63,504 nt of DNA, filler included, from Octopus bimaculoides (GCF_001194135.2; 4 parts of 4 records of this genome joined end to end with filler, not necessarily neighbours in it), one strand, 5' to 3'; counted from the first letter of the whole stretch, positions 1-13,417 are shown. Notes: generated by a model from the letters alone, not told the origin. Made by a program: numbers and translations.

Positions 1-314
1 TAACACGTGTGTTTACGATCGCTGTGCGGGTAGTGGAGGTATCAAGTTAAAATACATCATTATATTTGTAAAAATAGAGATAAATTTCAATGAGTATTAC
101 TTACTCGGATATAGTCCAACCCTTTGTCAGCTATTTTTTGTATATGGTGTTTGGGTTTGGGGATGGTCTGTATTTTGATGTAACACGTGTGTTTACGATC
201 GCTGTTCGGGTAGTGGAGGTATCAAGTTAAAATACATCATTATATTTGGAAAAATAGGAATAAATTTCAATGAGTATTACTTACTCGGGTATAGTCCAAC
301 CCTTTGTCAGCTAT
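1..314. repeat. 180-bp tandem repeat (one full unit plus a partial unit; the array may continue upstream of the window)
   Basis: 1-134 recurs at 181-314 with few mismatches; period is exactly 180. Confidence 0.9.
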
Positions 315-529
315 ATTTGGGCTCCATGCGATGTCTTTATTTCCGATTATTATTATTAACCTTTCACTATTATTGATATGTTTGTACTCAATTTCCTGCT
401 CCTCATGAATAATCAACACAGAATACATAATTTACAGTATATAAAGAGAAACGACTTAATATATAGATATATAATATACATACCTCTATACAGAAGATGC
501 ATTTAAATACTTATATATACTCACATCCG

Positions 530-572
<43 letters not shown>

Positions 573-582
573 NNNNNNNNNN

Positions 583-622
<40 letters not shown>

Positions 623-2192
623 ACAGGCATTCAAAATACGCACACAGGCATCCATATGTGTACCTGTACCCTCGCGTCCGTACTCTTATATTGTGCACAT
701 GCAAACACGTTCATGCATATAAGTTTACTAAAGTGATATTGATATCATTACTTCCTGTAGATGAACCGTAATAGAATTAATACACATTTCAAGAAACCAT
801 ATTCTCAGAGCTATAAGTGTTCTACTCATAGAGAAATGCAGCAAAAGCCATCTCGCTCGCAACACTACAAGATCATATAATTTCCATAGAACGTTTATGG
901 TGGTGACAATTGTATTACACACTTAAATTTGTCTCTACGCATTGAATATGTATTGCTAGATATAATTTCTGATTCAGTTAAGTATTGCTAACAGACTGGA
1001 AGTGCCTTGGGTCTGCACACCTCCAGAAACTATCGACCATGTCACTGTTGTTATTTTTTTTGTTTGTTTTTGAAGAATATCCCCCCAAAAAGCAAACGTT
1101 TCTTGCAAACACCTCTTAAATCAATTATTCACAGCAGAAAGACTATCGTCGTCTTCGTAGAAATTATAAAGTTCAAGAAACTGATATTATATTGTTGATG
1201 TATACTGTGTATTATTTGTGTCTACATATGTACAAAAAGTAAGAGCAAAAGGAAAATTCTAACTGCTTTAACCGTGAGAGTGGAATGCATGACCTACATC
1301 TCTGCGGGCAGTGGTAATGAGAATTGACAGCATGAATGAGAAAAGGAGATATATCAGGTCTACTGGAATGAACGTGACCTATAGCTTCAATTCACAAAAG
1401 CTAAAGCAACTGTAGTAGTAGTAGTAGTAGTAGTAGTAGAGACATTAAAAAACAGTGACTTAGTACGTTTTAAAGTGAATAATTCTCATGCACTCGAAAC
1501 ATACTTTTGGGCGCAGTTTAGTTTTGTGTATTTGTTTGTCCTAGATATTTTAGTGTATAAACACTGTTTGCTAGCACTCTGCACCTTTTGACGCCTGAAA
1601 TACTTTATAGTCCTTAAAATGAATTAGAATTTTTTTTACGTAAATTTCAGAAAGATATTTCTATGTGGTGGCCACTGGAATTCTTCATTGTTTGTGTAAA
1701 CTAGTAACATGTTGTTTTGAGTATTTCAGTAATTTGAAGATGTAGGGATTTCACACGTTCGTAAGGTTGTCGTGTAAGTGGGTTTCCCTAACTAAGACAT
1801 GAGTACATTCGTGTACACCTTAGTTTCATGATAAATAATTAATCATTTGGCCTCTCACCCCAGAGAAAGTTTATAGATGTGTCTAGCAATTACTTCATCT
1901 CGAACCGTTTGTTAAAACAGAAGCAATTAAATCGTGGAGTATCCCTTTTAGCCACATAATAAATACATAAAGCTGTTAAATTAAATTAAAATTTATTTTA
2001 TTAATTGTCAAAATACTCGCGAACAATGGTGGCATTATTACTGACATAGCTCTTTTAGAGTTGTTGGAAGGTTTATTAATATTAGCGTTTATAGGTGTAT
2101 GGCGTTATGTTCCCCTTCTCGTACCTCTAGAATGATATATTTGTGATGTTTTCATGTACATCATTCATCGTATTATTTTTCGATTTTGCAAA

Positions 2193-3466
2193 TACGTCGT
2201 GTTATCAAAAGGTTCTTGGACTAGATATGACCAATAGAAAATGATTTATCTACTTAAGTCTTAAAATCATCACTTTCGAAATAGTTACCTTGCGCAGCAA
2301 TATGCCAGTTCCAGCGTTCCTCCCACTTTTGAAATTCAGCCTAGAAGTAGTCTTATGTAAGCGAGTTGAGGGCCTTCTACAATCCACTCTAAATCTCGAC
2401 ATCGGTACTAAAACAGCAATTTTTGAGCTGCATTTTCATTTTGGAGGACAGATGAAAATCCGTACGTGGTAAATCTAGTGAATAGGGTGTGCACATAAGC
2501 GATACCACGCTGTTTTTGGCGAGAAACTCACGTGTGGGGTGAGCTCGAAAACAGGGTGCATTGTCGTCGTGAAGAATCTAATTATTCGCGCTCCACACAT
2601 TCGCCGAATGTCCAACCTCAAACGCTTCAACACATCGCAGTCGAACTCTTGACTGACATTTTGGCCTTAGGGGACGAATTCCAGATAAACAATACCACGG
2701 ATATCGAAAAAAAAAGTTAAGCATGCTCTTAATTAAGCTGCGGCTCTGTCATGCCTTCTTCGGTCGTGGAGATGAAAGCCTCTTCCATTGTGGCAACTGC
2801 TGCGTCGTCTCAGAGTTGTACCCGTAGACCCAACTTTCATTACCGGTGATGATCCTTGACATAAAGGATGGGTCATCAGCGGCACGCTGACAGAGACCTT
2901 TCAAATTTCGACGCAATGTTCTTTCTGTTCAGTGGTCAGCAAGCGGAAACAAACGTGGCAGAGTCACGCCACATGTTTACTTCAGAGGTTAGGATTCCCT
3001 GCATGAACCCACACGACAGACCATCAATATTAACAATGTCGTTGATTGTCCTTCGTCGATCCTCATGCAAAAGTTTCTCCACATTTCTGGGTATGGCACT
3101 CGTGACTGGTCCTTCAGATCGCTCATCATCTCCAGGGACGTTCTCTTGCTTTTTAAAGCACCCGTGCCACTCGAAATATTGCGTACGACCCATTGCCTCG
3201 TCGCCGTAAGCTTGTCAAAGCATGCTCAATGTTTCTATAGCAGACTTCCCAAGTTTAACGCTTAATTTCACCTTATATGTTTGTTCCAACTTCCCGTACA
3301 TGACAAAATCAGTCTACAGCATACACATTTAACAAAAGAGAAGTAAACACAGCTATGTCACTAGTCACACTGCCTGAAGGCTACTGCTAGCTCTCGTTGT
3401 GCACGCAACCGTGTGCTGCCGTCTGCTGTTGGTACTCTACAGAATTAATCCGGGAACTCTTTGATA

Positions 3467-3475
<9 letters not shown>
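2193..3475 (-). mobile_element. Full-length degenerate mariner transposon (~1.28 kb)
   Basis: Imperfect TIRs: tacgtcgtgttatcaaaaggttcttgga at left, ccgggaactctttgataccacctca at right. Minus-strand translation gives MGRTQYFEWHGCFK..DDERSEGP, ITGNESWVYGY, PYSLDLPRTDFHL and WEERWNWHIAAQGNYFESD, with stops and frameshifts. Confidence 0.92.
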
Positions 3476-3532
<57 letters not shown>

Positions 3533-4228
3533 NNNNNNNNNNNNNNNNNNNNNNNNNNNNNNNNNNNNNNNNNNNNNNNNNNNNNNNNNNNNNNNNNNNN
3601 NNNNNNNNNNNNNNNNNNNNNNNNNNNNNNNNNNNNNNNNNNNNNNNNNNNNNNNNNNNNNNNNNNNNNNNNNNNNNNNNNNNNNNNNNNNNNNNNNNNN
3701 NNNNNNNNNNNNNNNNNNNNNNNNNNNNNNNNNNNNNNNNNNNNNNNNNNNNNNNNNNNNNNNNNNNNNNNNNNNNNNNNNNNNNNNNNNNNNNNNNNNN
3801 NNNNNNNNNNNNNNNNNNNNNNNNNNNNNNNNNNNNNNNNNNNNNNNNNNNNNNNNNNNNNNNNNNNNNNNNNNNNNNNNNNNNNNNNNNNNNNNNNNNN
3901 NNNNNNNNNNNNNNNNNNNNNNNNNNNNNNNNNNNNNNNNNNNNNNNNNNNNNNNNNNNNNNNNNNNNNNNNNNNNNNNNNNNNNNNNNNNNNNNNNNNN
4001 NNNNNNNNNNNNNNNNNNNNNNNNNNNNNNNNNNNNNNNNNNNNNNNNNNNNNNNNNNNNNNNNNNNNNNNNNNNNNNNNNNNNNNNNNNNNNNNNNNNN
4101 NNNNNNNNNNNNNNNNNNNNNNNNNNNNNNNNNNNNNNNNNNNNNNNNNNNNNNNNNNNNNNNNNNNNNNNNNNNNNNNNNNNNNNNNNNTATATATATA
4201 TGTATGTATGTATGTATGTATATTTACT

Positions 4229-5292
4229 AGAGGTATGAATGCGCAGAATAAGATTGACGCTATCAACACCTGGGCGGATCCAATTCTTAGATATAGAGCA
4301 GGGGTAATCGCATGGACAGTAGACGAACTAAACAGCTTAGACAGAAAGACGAGGAAGTTGCTGACTAGATATATGATTCTCTACCCAAAAAATGACACAA
4401 ACAGACTTATGTACCAGGAAAAGAGGACTGATTGGATGCCATCACAGCATTAGAGCAGAAGAAAACAACATAGCATGGTATGTATAAAATGTCACAGAAC
4501 CACTGTTATTGAAAGTAAGAAGGTCAGGCATCTGTAGCATGGAAGATTGCAAAGATAAAGCACTGTACAAGCACTTGAAAAAGAATGAAACTGAAAATAG
4601 GTTGATAAAGAAACGAATGCATGACAATTTCATAGGGATATTGAAGATAAGGTAGACAGAGAAAAAAGATGGCTATGCAGGACTAAAAGTGATTTAAAAC
4701 TGGAAACATAGGTATGCATCTGTGTCCAAGAGCAAGCGCTAAGAACGAATTACATCAAATACAGAGTAGACAACACATCAGAAAGTGATAGGTACAGATT
4801 CTGTGGACAAAATGATGAAACCGTATGGCATATTACCAGTCAATATACGCCACTAGCCCAGAAAGAATATAAGAGGCATCATGACAATATAGCAAGGATT
4901 GGTCCATCGGACACTTTGGATCTTGTATAACATAAATTAAGACATGACACAGTCGGCCAGTATTTATACTGGACAATATGTCGGCATTATAAAATCAAAA
5001 CTACTGACAAATAGTATAAACACCATCCTGAAGCTGTGACTGAAGGAGAAAATGTGTGGATTCGCAGGGACTTCCCCGTACATACCGACAAACCTATAAA
5101 ACTAATAAACCGGATATTATTATAAAAGATCAGACAAAAATGTTGTGTTTATTAATTCACATGAGTATTCCTTGCGTCAGAATATAGCGGCGAAATAATT
5201 TGACAAGATCAGTAAATATAAAGACTTGCTAATAGAAATTGAAAAAATGTGGCACCTCAAGGCGACTACCGTACCGGTGATTGTAGGTGCAA
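4229..5292 (+). mobile_element. R4/Dong-like non-LTR retrotransposon, 3' part (RT C-terminus, CCHC knuckle, restriction-like endonuclease), degenerate
   Basis: NKIDAINTWADPILRYRAGVIAWTVDELNSLDRKTRKLL, a degenerate zinc knuckle (RFCGQNDETVWHITS), DFPVHTDKPIK..PDIII, KISKYKDLLIEIEKMWHLKATTVPVIVGA. Confidence 0.9.
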
Positions 5293-5439
5293 AGAATCGT
5301 GTTAACTGGAACGACTCACGTAGTGAGAAGAGCATTATCGCTGTGAAAATAACACCCATTCATGAATTTATTTATTTTTTTTAAATACATATTTCACCTG
5401 TGAATTTGCGTGTGTAAACTGGGAATGCATACAATGTGG

Positions 5440-5672
5440 AAGGCGGTGAGCTGGCAGAAACGTTAGCACGCTGGGCGAAATGCTTAACGGTATTTCGTCT
5501 GCTGCTACGTTCTGAGTTCAAATTCCGCCCAGGTTGACTTAGCCTTTCGTCCATTCGGGGTCGATTAAATAAGTACCAGTTACGCACTGGGGTCCATGTA
5601 ATCGTCTTAATCCGTTTGTCTGTTCTTGTTTGTCCCCTCTATGTTTAGCCCCTTGTAGGCAATAAAGAATAT
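5440..5672 (+). mobile_element. tRNA-derived SINE, family A (gcctttcatcctttcggggtcgataaa-type central core), with 17-bp TSD
   Basis: TSD gaatgcatacaatgtgg at 5423-5439 and 5673-5689; head ggcggtgagctggcagaa; B-box-like gagttcaaattcc. Confidence 0.88.
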
Positions 5673-5761
5673 GAATGCATACAATGTGGTCCTCTGCCCT
5701 AGGTGTAGGGAAAACACTCGGCGAAAAATGGACGAAAATTTGAAGAACAAAGAAAAAAAAC

Positions 5762-5794
5762 ATAATAATAATAATAATGATAATAATAATAATG

Positions 5795-5848
<54 letters not shown>

Positions 5849-5918
5849 GAAGAAGAAGAAGAAGAAGAAGAAGAAGAAGAAGAAGAAGAAGAAGAAGAAG
5901 AAGAAGAAGAAGAAGAAG
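5762..5918. repeat. Compound (AAT)n-(AAG)n microsatellite
   Basis: Direct reading; it produces the poly-N, poly-R, poly-E and poly-L ORFs. Confidence 0.97.
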
Positions 5919-6099
5919 ACAGAAATTACATACACAACAATATACAGAATAATACACACAACCCTCAACCTTGTAGATAGTTTCACTGGGACTAATAACT
6001 TTAAGCGAAAAAATTTTCAAAAGTTGTACATCTGATATCCCCCCATATTACGCCCCGTCGCTCTTGCCCCTGCAGAATTACTGGCAATGGAATCCAACT

Positions 6100-6600
6100 G
6101 GACCCACAAGCTGCAATCATTCCTTAACAGCTCATATAAGTATTTCTAGAGCTAACTCCGATAAAATATCAAATTCAAATATATTCAGTCCCACTACCGG
6201 TAGATCCACTGCAATTAAAACTTGCAATTGTAAAAATACATTCGAGTACCCTTTGAAAGAAATCTGCGTCGTTAAAAACATTGTTACATGTCATGTTATT
6301 ACCGATGCAACTGCAAGAGAATACGTCTAACGATTTTAAGAAGCGCTTTTACACGCATGTCCACGCGATCAAAAAGCCCTACATTGGTTCACTCTACATC
6401 ACTGGCTGAGTACGTATGGAGCTTAAAAACCAAAACTCCGAATAAATATTGCAATGAAACATATTGGAATTTAGAGTCTCATGCACGGAAGACAGAAATG
6501 AAATCGATGCCAATTGTGCAGCAAAGAAGCAACTCTGATCGACATGTCAGGCACACAACTTCTTAACAAACGAAATGAACTGATTATCAATGAAAGATTC
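6100..6600 (+). mobile_element. Penelope-like element, GIY-YIG endonuclease remnant
   Basis: CNCKNTFEYPLKEICVVKNIVTCHVITDATAREYV, then STSLAEYVWSLK and LNKRNELI, matching the PLE ORF C-terminus; frameshifted. Confidence 0.8.
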
Positions 6601-7722
6601 TTAGAATATTCAGGCTCCCTTATAAATGGACATCGGAAATAGTTCAACCCAAATCATTTTGTTATATAAGTGGATATGCGTAATTAAAAGTGTAAGTTTA
6701 AGTCGATAGATACATAGAAGTTTATCGAAATTATTACAGATTTACATATGTTCATTTCCTTTTATTCTACGCTTTATTTTTAGCGGGAGACTTTTATATT
6801 ACATTTAATTCCTATTGACTGACGTAGTTCTAAAACGTAAATCACAACAACTGTGTATAAATAGCAAACAGAACGTTGAAAATAAAACAAAAAAAAAAGT
6901 AAAAGGGGAGAGTGTTGCAAAAAAAAACAAAAAAACAAAAAAAAAACAAATATAAAAGCAGTAAACAAGTGGAAATTGCAAAGAGAAATAATTACCGTCG
7001 GATCACGACCGTAACACCCCTATTTGTCTTTTATCCCAGCACAAGTGGGAATTGTATTCTTGCAGTAAAGTAGCTATTACATATAGTACAAACAGTTACA
7101 CATGTACTTTACTGAATTGATTAACATATTAAAAGCCAAAAGAGTTGGATGGAAGTGAAATACCGTTTGAAACAGAAAAAAAAGTAATAAATGTAGGTTA
7201 CACTGGAGAGAAATTGGTTGTTGCGTACCTTAGGCTTTTAGTGTGCTAAAGGGCAGTCCAAGGTCATGGAAGGCAGGAGAAACCTATTCAGGTTTAGCTG
7301 CATTTCAGAATCTGGACCCATGCTGAAAACACACCATCAAGCAGAAATACGCAGACGGTGTCTACATTCATTTGGCTTCTCCATATATGGAAAAATCTGT
7401 CAGAGTATGATAGCGTACGGGCGTATGGAGACACTATCCACGACGCCAAGACGACTTGAGTCAAAATAACAGACGGTATCGTGTAGCAAAAGATTTTTAA
7501 ATAACTATAATGTAGAATATTTTTCTATGATAAGTTTCTCAGTACAACTTACTTCGTAAATTCGTGGAGTTTATATACATTATTTTCTACGCAAGTATAT
7601 TATTAACAAGAATCTGAAATACGCATCTAATTGGAAATACTCAATGAATCTAAAACCTCCATAAACCAAGCGTAGGTTATCAAGTAATGTCAACAAACTA
7701 CATACGTTGGCATGATCAGTAC

Positions 7723-8110
7723 CTTTGTTGTTGGCACTCCGTCGCTTACGACGTCGAGGGTTCTAGTTGATCCGATCAACGGACCAGCCTGCTCGTGAAA
7801 TTAACGTGCAAGTGACTGAGCACTCCACAGACACGTGTACCCTTAACGTAGTTTTCGGGGATATTCAGCGTGACAGAGTATGAGAAGGCTGACCCATTGA
7901 ATTACAAGCACAACAGAAACAGGAAGAAAGAGTGAGAGAAAGTTCTGGTGAAAGAATACAGCAGGATTCGCCACCCCACCCCTGCCGGAGCCTTGTGGAG
8001 CTCTAGATGTTTTCGCTCAATAAACACTCAAAACGCCGAGTCTGGGAATCGAAGCCGCGATCCTATGACCGCGAGTCCGCTGCCCTAACCACTGGGCCAT
8101 TGCGCCTCCA
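7723..8110 (-). mobile_element. tRNA-derived SINE, family B, full length, with 12-bp TSD
   Basis: TSD catgatcagtac at 7711-7722 and 8111-8122; minus-strand head tggaggcgcaatggcccagtggttagg with B box cttcgattcc. Confidence 0.9.
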
Positions 8111-8642
8111 CATGATCAGTACTGACATGGGAATATATTACTAATATTTTGTTTGTACAGAACGAGAAACTTGGTGTGCGAAGAGGAAGAGTAGATTATA
8201 TCGCTCCCACAACATGGCTAGAACTCATCCGTTTACCAAGAATGAAAGGCAAAGTTGACCTAATCATGATTTGAATTAAAAACGCTGCTCAAATATTATA
8301 AGGCGTTTCCTTATACTCTCAAAATAACTCACTCAGCAGCTGACACATATCTTACGTTAATTCTGTAAACCTATATACATCAATAAAAAGAGGATGGTTA
8401 TGTTTATTGCGCCGATCAAATGGTTCGATATTCGGTTAGTTATGTGCCAAAGATTTGCTAATGATTTGGCCTACCAAAATACCCAACAAAAATAATATAG
8501 CTAACAATGTTTTTAATGATTTTATTTTTCGATATCAAGTATTTTTATTAATATTGAGCACGTATAGATTATTTACAAAATCCATATGCTATAAAGTACA
8601 TATGATTCTGATGTATGTGCAGTTCTTACGCATATAAATGGT

Positions 8643-8678
<36 letters not shown>

Positions 8679-9632
8679 NNNNNNNNNNNNNNNNNNNNNN
8701 NNNNNNNNNNNNNNNNNNNNNNNNNNNNNNNNNNNNNNNNNNNNNNNNNNNNNNNNNNNNNNNNNNNNNNNNNNNNNNNNNNNNNNNNNNNNNNNNNNNN
8801 NNNNNNNNNNNNNNNNNNNNNNNNNNNNNNNNNNNNNNNNNNNNNNNNNNNNNNNNNNNNNNNNNNNNNNNNNNNNNNNNNNNNNNNNNNNNNNNNNNNN
8901 NNNNNNNNNNNNNNNNNNNNNNNNNNNNNNNNNNNNNNNNNNNNNNNNNNNNNNNNNNNNNNNNNNNNNNNNNNNNNNNNNNNNNNNNNNNNNNNNNNNN
9001 NNNNNNNNNNNNNNNNNNNNNNNNNNNNNNNNNNNNNNNNNNNNNNNNNNNNNNNNNNNNNNNNNNNNNNNNNNNNNNNNNNNNNNNNNNNNNNNNNNNN
9101 NNNNNNNNNNNNNNNNNNNNNNNNNNNNNNNNNNNNNNNNNNNNNNNNNNNNNNNNNNNNNNNNNNNNNNNNNNNNNNNNNNNNNNNNNNNNNNNNNNNN
9201 NNNNNNNNNNNNNNNNNNNNNNNNNNNNNNNNNNNNNNNNNNNNNNNNNNNNNNNNNNNNNNNNNNNNNNNNNNNNNNNNNNNNNNNNNNNNNNNNNNNN
9301 NNNNNNATATATATATATATATATATATAGATTCTAGAAAGATAAAGGATCTATAAAGTAGTTGAGTATCAGCAAAGATCTACCTACAACTTTGCCAGGC
9401 TTATTCACATTACTTACTTAAAGATATAGACGCAAATTTTCAATCAAAGAATACACACAACCGCTATGCGTTTGAATACGTATAAACTATTCCCATCTGG
9501 CATATACACGCCTATTTGCCTATGCGTATTTATATTTACTCAAAGTTTAGATATTTGACCTACGATTGCATGTATTTAATGGTTACTTTTTATGCCTTTA
9601 ATTACAAATTTTCCTGATATATCATATAACGC

Positions 9633-10130
9633 ATTTTATCAATAGAACCACAACTCCTATTTCAGGATAACCTTATTCCACGGAATACACATAGAAAGTT
9701 ATATCCAATAAAATAATATAAGTATTTAAAAACCTACTATAAAATGAAATAAAATTATTTGAAAAATATTTGAAAAAATCTATATAATTTATCTGTTATT
9801 AGTCTGTGGGGAAACCTTGATCCGTTAATAAAAATAATAAGAGAAATAGCTTGAGGACGCACTGGTGGATTTATGTATTAGGTACAGCCTTATAAATTCC
9901 CCACCAACGCAGAAACACGTGCAGCGATGATTAAAAATATCTCCTTTTCCCACAGACTAATAACAGGTAAGATATATATATATATTCAAATATCTTTTCA
10001 AATACTTTTATTATATTTTATAGTAGGTTTTTTTTTTAATACTTATATTATTTTATTGGATTTAACTTTCTATGTGAATTCCATAAATAAGGTTATCCTG
10101 AAATAGGAGTTGCGGTTCTATTTGTAAAAT
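9633..10130. mobile_element. Foldback element with ~180-bp inverted arms and a ~130-bp spacer
   Basis: 9633-9814 is the imperfect reverse complement of 9945-10130 (e.g. ctcctatttcaggataaccttatt / aataaggttatcctgaaataggag). Confidence 0.88.
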
Positions 10131-10249
10131 CCCAAATTTGTAATGATATTATATATGGTACTGTTTACATTACATTAGCAAAGTGTAAAATAGTATTGTC
10201 CTTTTAACCTGAAATACGTATTATTTCCTAAGATTTTTAATATATATAC

Positions 10250-10322
<73 letters not shown>

Positions 10323-10849
10323 ATAGTACATAATTAGGACAAAATCAATATTTAACGATTTATCAGTACCCAGCATACTAAAAATACCATAATAGTTAAA
10401 TTATATTAAAATTGTAATATGGGCGCTGAACGATTACTACACCAGTTTGCTAGAAATAGACCCCCCAAATGATACAGTCTATAAACTGATAATATAGAGT
10501 ATATCATAAAGCTCTTCCAAATGTACAACCTGTCTAGTTATTCTTTTAGCTTCTGTGTGAAGATCTTGTGATTAAGCTACCCACGAACTTGAAGCAATTA
10601 GGATCAAGCTCCAGAAGGAGCTGTGTAGAACCAGATCCAATCTCTTCCCCAAATTGGTGGAAACCACTATAGCAATGTGTAAAACAGCATCTACACATCC
10701 TGAAAAGAGCTGAATACCCACATGCGACAACACGTTAAAATATTGCACGAAGAGCGCTCTACAACTGTGTGTTGCGGAACAGGCATTCGTCGAAGCAAGG
10801 AGAGAACCCGATAACAGTTATTGAAATGTAAAGAGTATGTTGTGTATAA

Positions 10850-10855
10850 CAACAA

Positions 10856-10949
<94 letters not shown>
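10850..10949. repeat. (AAC)n-(AAT)n microsatellite
   Basis: Direct reading. Confidence 0.95.
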
Positions 10950-11049
10950 TGCTGGCGTTATAAGAGAATGTGAAGTAATCATTTTTTGAAATATTTCGAA
11001 ACACTCTTATAAAGCTATAAATAATGGCAGGTATATTGGATATTTGCAA

Positions 11050-11290
11050 TTCCCTATGATGGCAGAGGTGATGGCTAAGAACTTTAAAACATTGAGAAAT
11101 ATCAGGATATATCCAGAGAACTGATGAGACTACAGGAGACCATGATAACAATTATTCCTGTAGCAATTGGTGCATATAGGCACAACACCTAAAATGATGC
11201 CGAAAGAGATTGAATCTTGCACAGTCGATCTGCATAAAAGTACCACCCTACGTTGTGCAAGAATCCTAAAGAAGATTCGTGGTGTTTGAG
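11050..11290 (+). mobile_element. R4/Dong-like LINE, extreme 3' end, degenerate
   Basis: KYQDISRELMRLQETMITIIPVAIGA and STTLRCARILKKI resemble the RLE C-terminus. Confidence 0.65.
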
Positions 11291-11619
11291 AAAACTTGTT
11301 GGATATAAAAAATCGAAGGTTGTCTGTGAAATTCGAACCCAGATCTCCGGCACACATGGCGTGTAGTAACCCATTGTACCAATGAAATCCTTCGAATTTC
11401 TGTTATCATTTTAGAAGCTTTATTCTTACTAGCAAAATTCGTATGTTCATGAAAATCTCATAAACTTTACAGAGAACGTGAACTAAATTGTTTTTTTAAT
11501 ATCTCGAAGCATACTCTTAAACCTTCGACATGGACTCAAATCGTACGGGCACTACGAACTTTTTCTATCCAAAAGTATTTTTTCAACCCATTATTTACAT
11601 GCTATTATTTATATCTACT

Positions 11620-11688
11620 ATATCCTCGGGCCGACCAAAGCCTTCTGAGTGGATTTGGTAGACGGAAACTGAAAGAAGCCCGTCGTAC

Positions 11689-11725
<37 letters not shown>

Positions 11726-11920
11726 CATGTATGTATGTATGTATGTGTATGAGATTGTGTGTCTATGTTTGTCCCCCCAACATCGCTTGGCAGCCGATGC
11801 TAGTGTGTTTATGTCCCCGTAACTTAGGGGTTCGGCAAAAGAGACCGATAGAATAAGTACTAGGCTTACAAAGAATAAGCCCTGGTGTCGATTTGCTCGA
11901 CTAAAGGCGGTGCTCCAGCA
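11620..11920 (+). mobile_element. SINE family D (internal TA/TG microsatellite, ggcggtgctccagcat tail)
   Basis: ggatttggtagacggaaactgaaagaagcccgtcg + microsatellite + ccccgtaactta...ggcggtgctccagcat. Related pieces at 13570-13785(-), 22610-22990, 38805-38900(-), 41892-42062(+), 42495-42550(-), 55580-55740(+). Confidence 0.8.
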
Positions 11921-13356
11921 TTATTTGCGTGCTCTGATATATTCCAAAATAGAATTAGTAATAATTGCCTTTCACAAACGCCCAAGGCCTAATATTTTCG
12001 CGAGAATGAACAGTTGATTATATCGATCTCAATTCTGCTGGAATGACAAACAAAGTTTACCTCGGCGGAAATGGAACTTAGAGTGCAAAGAAACGGAAAA
12101 ATACCGAGATATTTCATACAACGTTCTGTTGATTCTGCAAATCCACTCCTAATAAATTTAATATACATATGCATCAAATATTGTCTTTCGCTGTTTCTTT
12201 CCTATTATGCACTAATGCCTACACTAGACGAGTACTTATTTCTATAATATACTCACAAGTGAGTATTTCAGAGAAATAATTTTCTGTGATATTGATGCAA
12301 TCTGAGTTTACAACTTTCAGTCATGTGTTTCATTTTCTTATATTAATGTCAAACAGGATTATGTTACTTCTAAATGAATAATTATATAATTTCAGTTACA
12401 TAGGTATTGAACAAATTACGGCTTTTATAAACCAATTGCTTCCTCTACTGTATTAGTAGAGTCACTTCTACATTTATCGATAGCGTGTTGAGATTTTTAT
12501 TCGTATGTCATTAGATTAAAGAAAATGTTTTTCATATAAAGATTTTCAGACTTTATATGAAAACAATACGCAGTAATTACCATAGACTTACATTCTGAAA
12601 ATGTGTTAATATCGAACGGTACACAGACGTAGAAGCACCACAACTTTAACCCTATATCAGCCAGCCAGACAACCACCTACAAACCTGGCTCCAATCATAT
12701 AAGCGAAAAGAAACACCTACTAAATACACTTTGCACCAAATACACGAAAGAAGATAAATATATACACGCACACATACATGAACACGCGCGCGCACACTAA
12801 GACAAAATTGCAATGAATTATCAATATCTCCATAATTTTTAAGAGCACACGTAAGAAAATCAAAACGGTAGAGTAGTGTACACATGAATTCAGTGCACTT
12901 AGAAGTAATACGTTTTTTCAAGGAATGAAAAGAAAATTATAAAAAAGGAAAACACGTTAGACACTGTGTATTATATACATTCCGCTATAATCCTTAATAC
13001 ATCTATAACATTAACACTAGCATGAACACTATTTCTCTCATTTAATAGAGTTAAAAATAACGGTTTTACCTTCCTGAATCTAGGGATTATTTTGACAAGT
13101 ACAGATGTATTAATTTTTCCAGAATATTTTGCAAAACTTTATGAATAAAATTGTAGTATTTGGGATGAATCTAACTTAATATATTATTAACTGAAAAATA
13201 CGAAACTTTGGGTAATAGTGAATCCACCCTGTCATTTATTTCAACTCTTTTTTGTAATTTGTAATAGCTTGTACATGATAAAAATAGCAGAACGTTAATA
13301 ATATCAAAATATGGCTTAAACCTATTCCACACTAAAAGAAAATTAAATGTCTACAG

Positions 13357-13417
13357 TTACCAAATAATGCTGATTAAGCATTGCTCACATTACATTTCTA
13401 TTCATGAACCTATGAAA
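13357..13417 (+). CDS. Candidate internal exon of an unidentified host gene (YQIMLIKHCSHYISIHEPMK)
   Basis: ctacag| acceptor and |gtaagt donor; open frame; ends in phase 0, compatible with the 16321 exon. Confidence 0.4.

Noticed and set aside
1-360. CRISPR-like periodicity
   Set aside because: The whole 180-bp unit repeats with no unique spacers, there are no cas genes, and the context is eukaryotic.
8040-8110. tRNA-like sequences (also near 26030, 31050, 33240, 35715, 57335)
   Set aside because: They are SINE heads continuing into core and tail sequence, without a complete cloverleaf; not tRNA genes.
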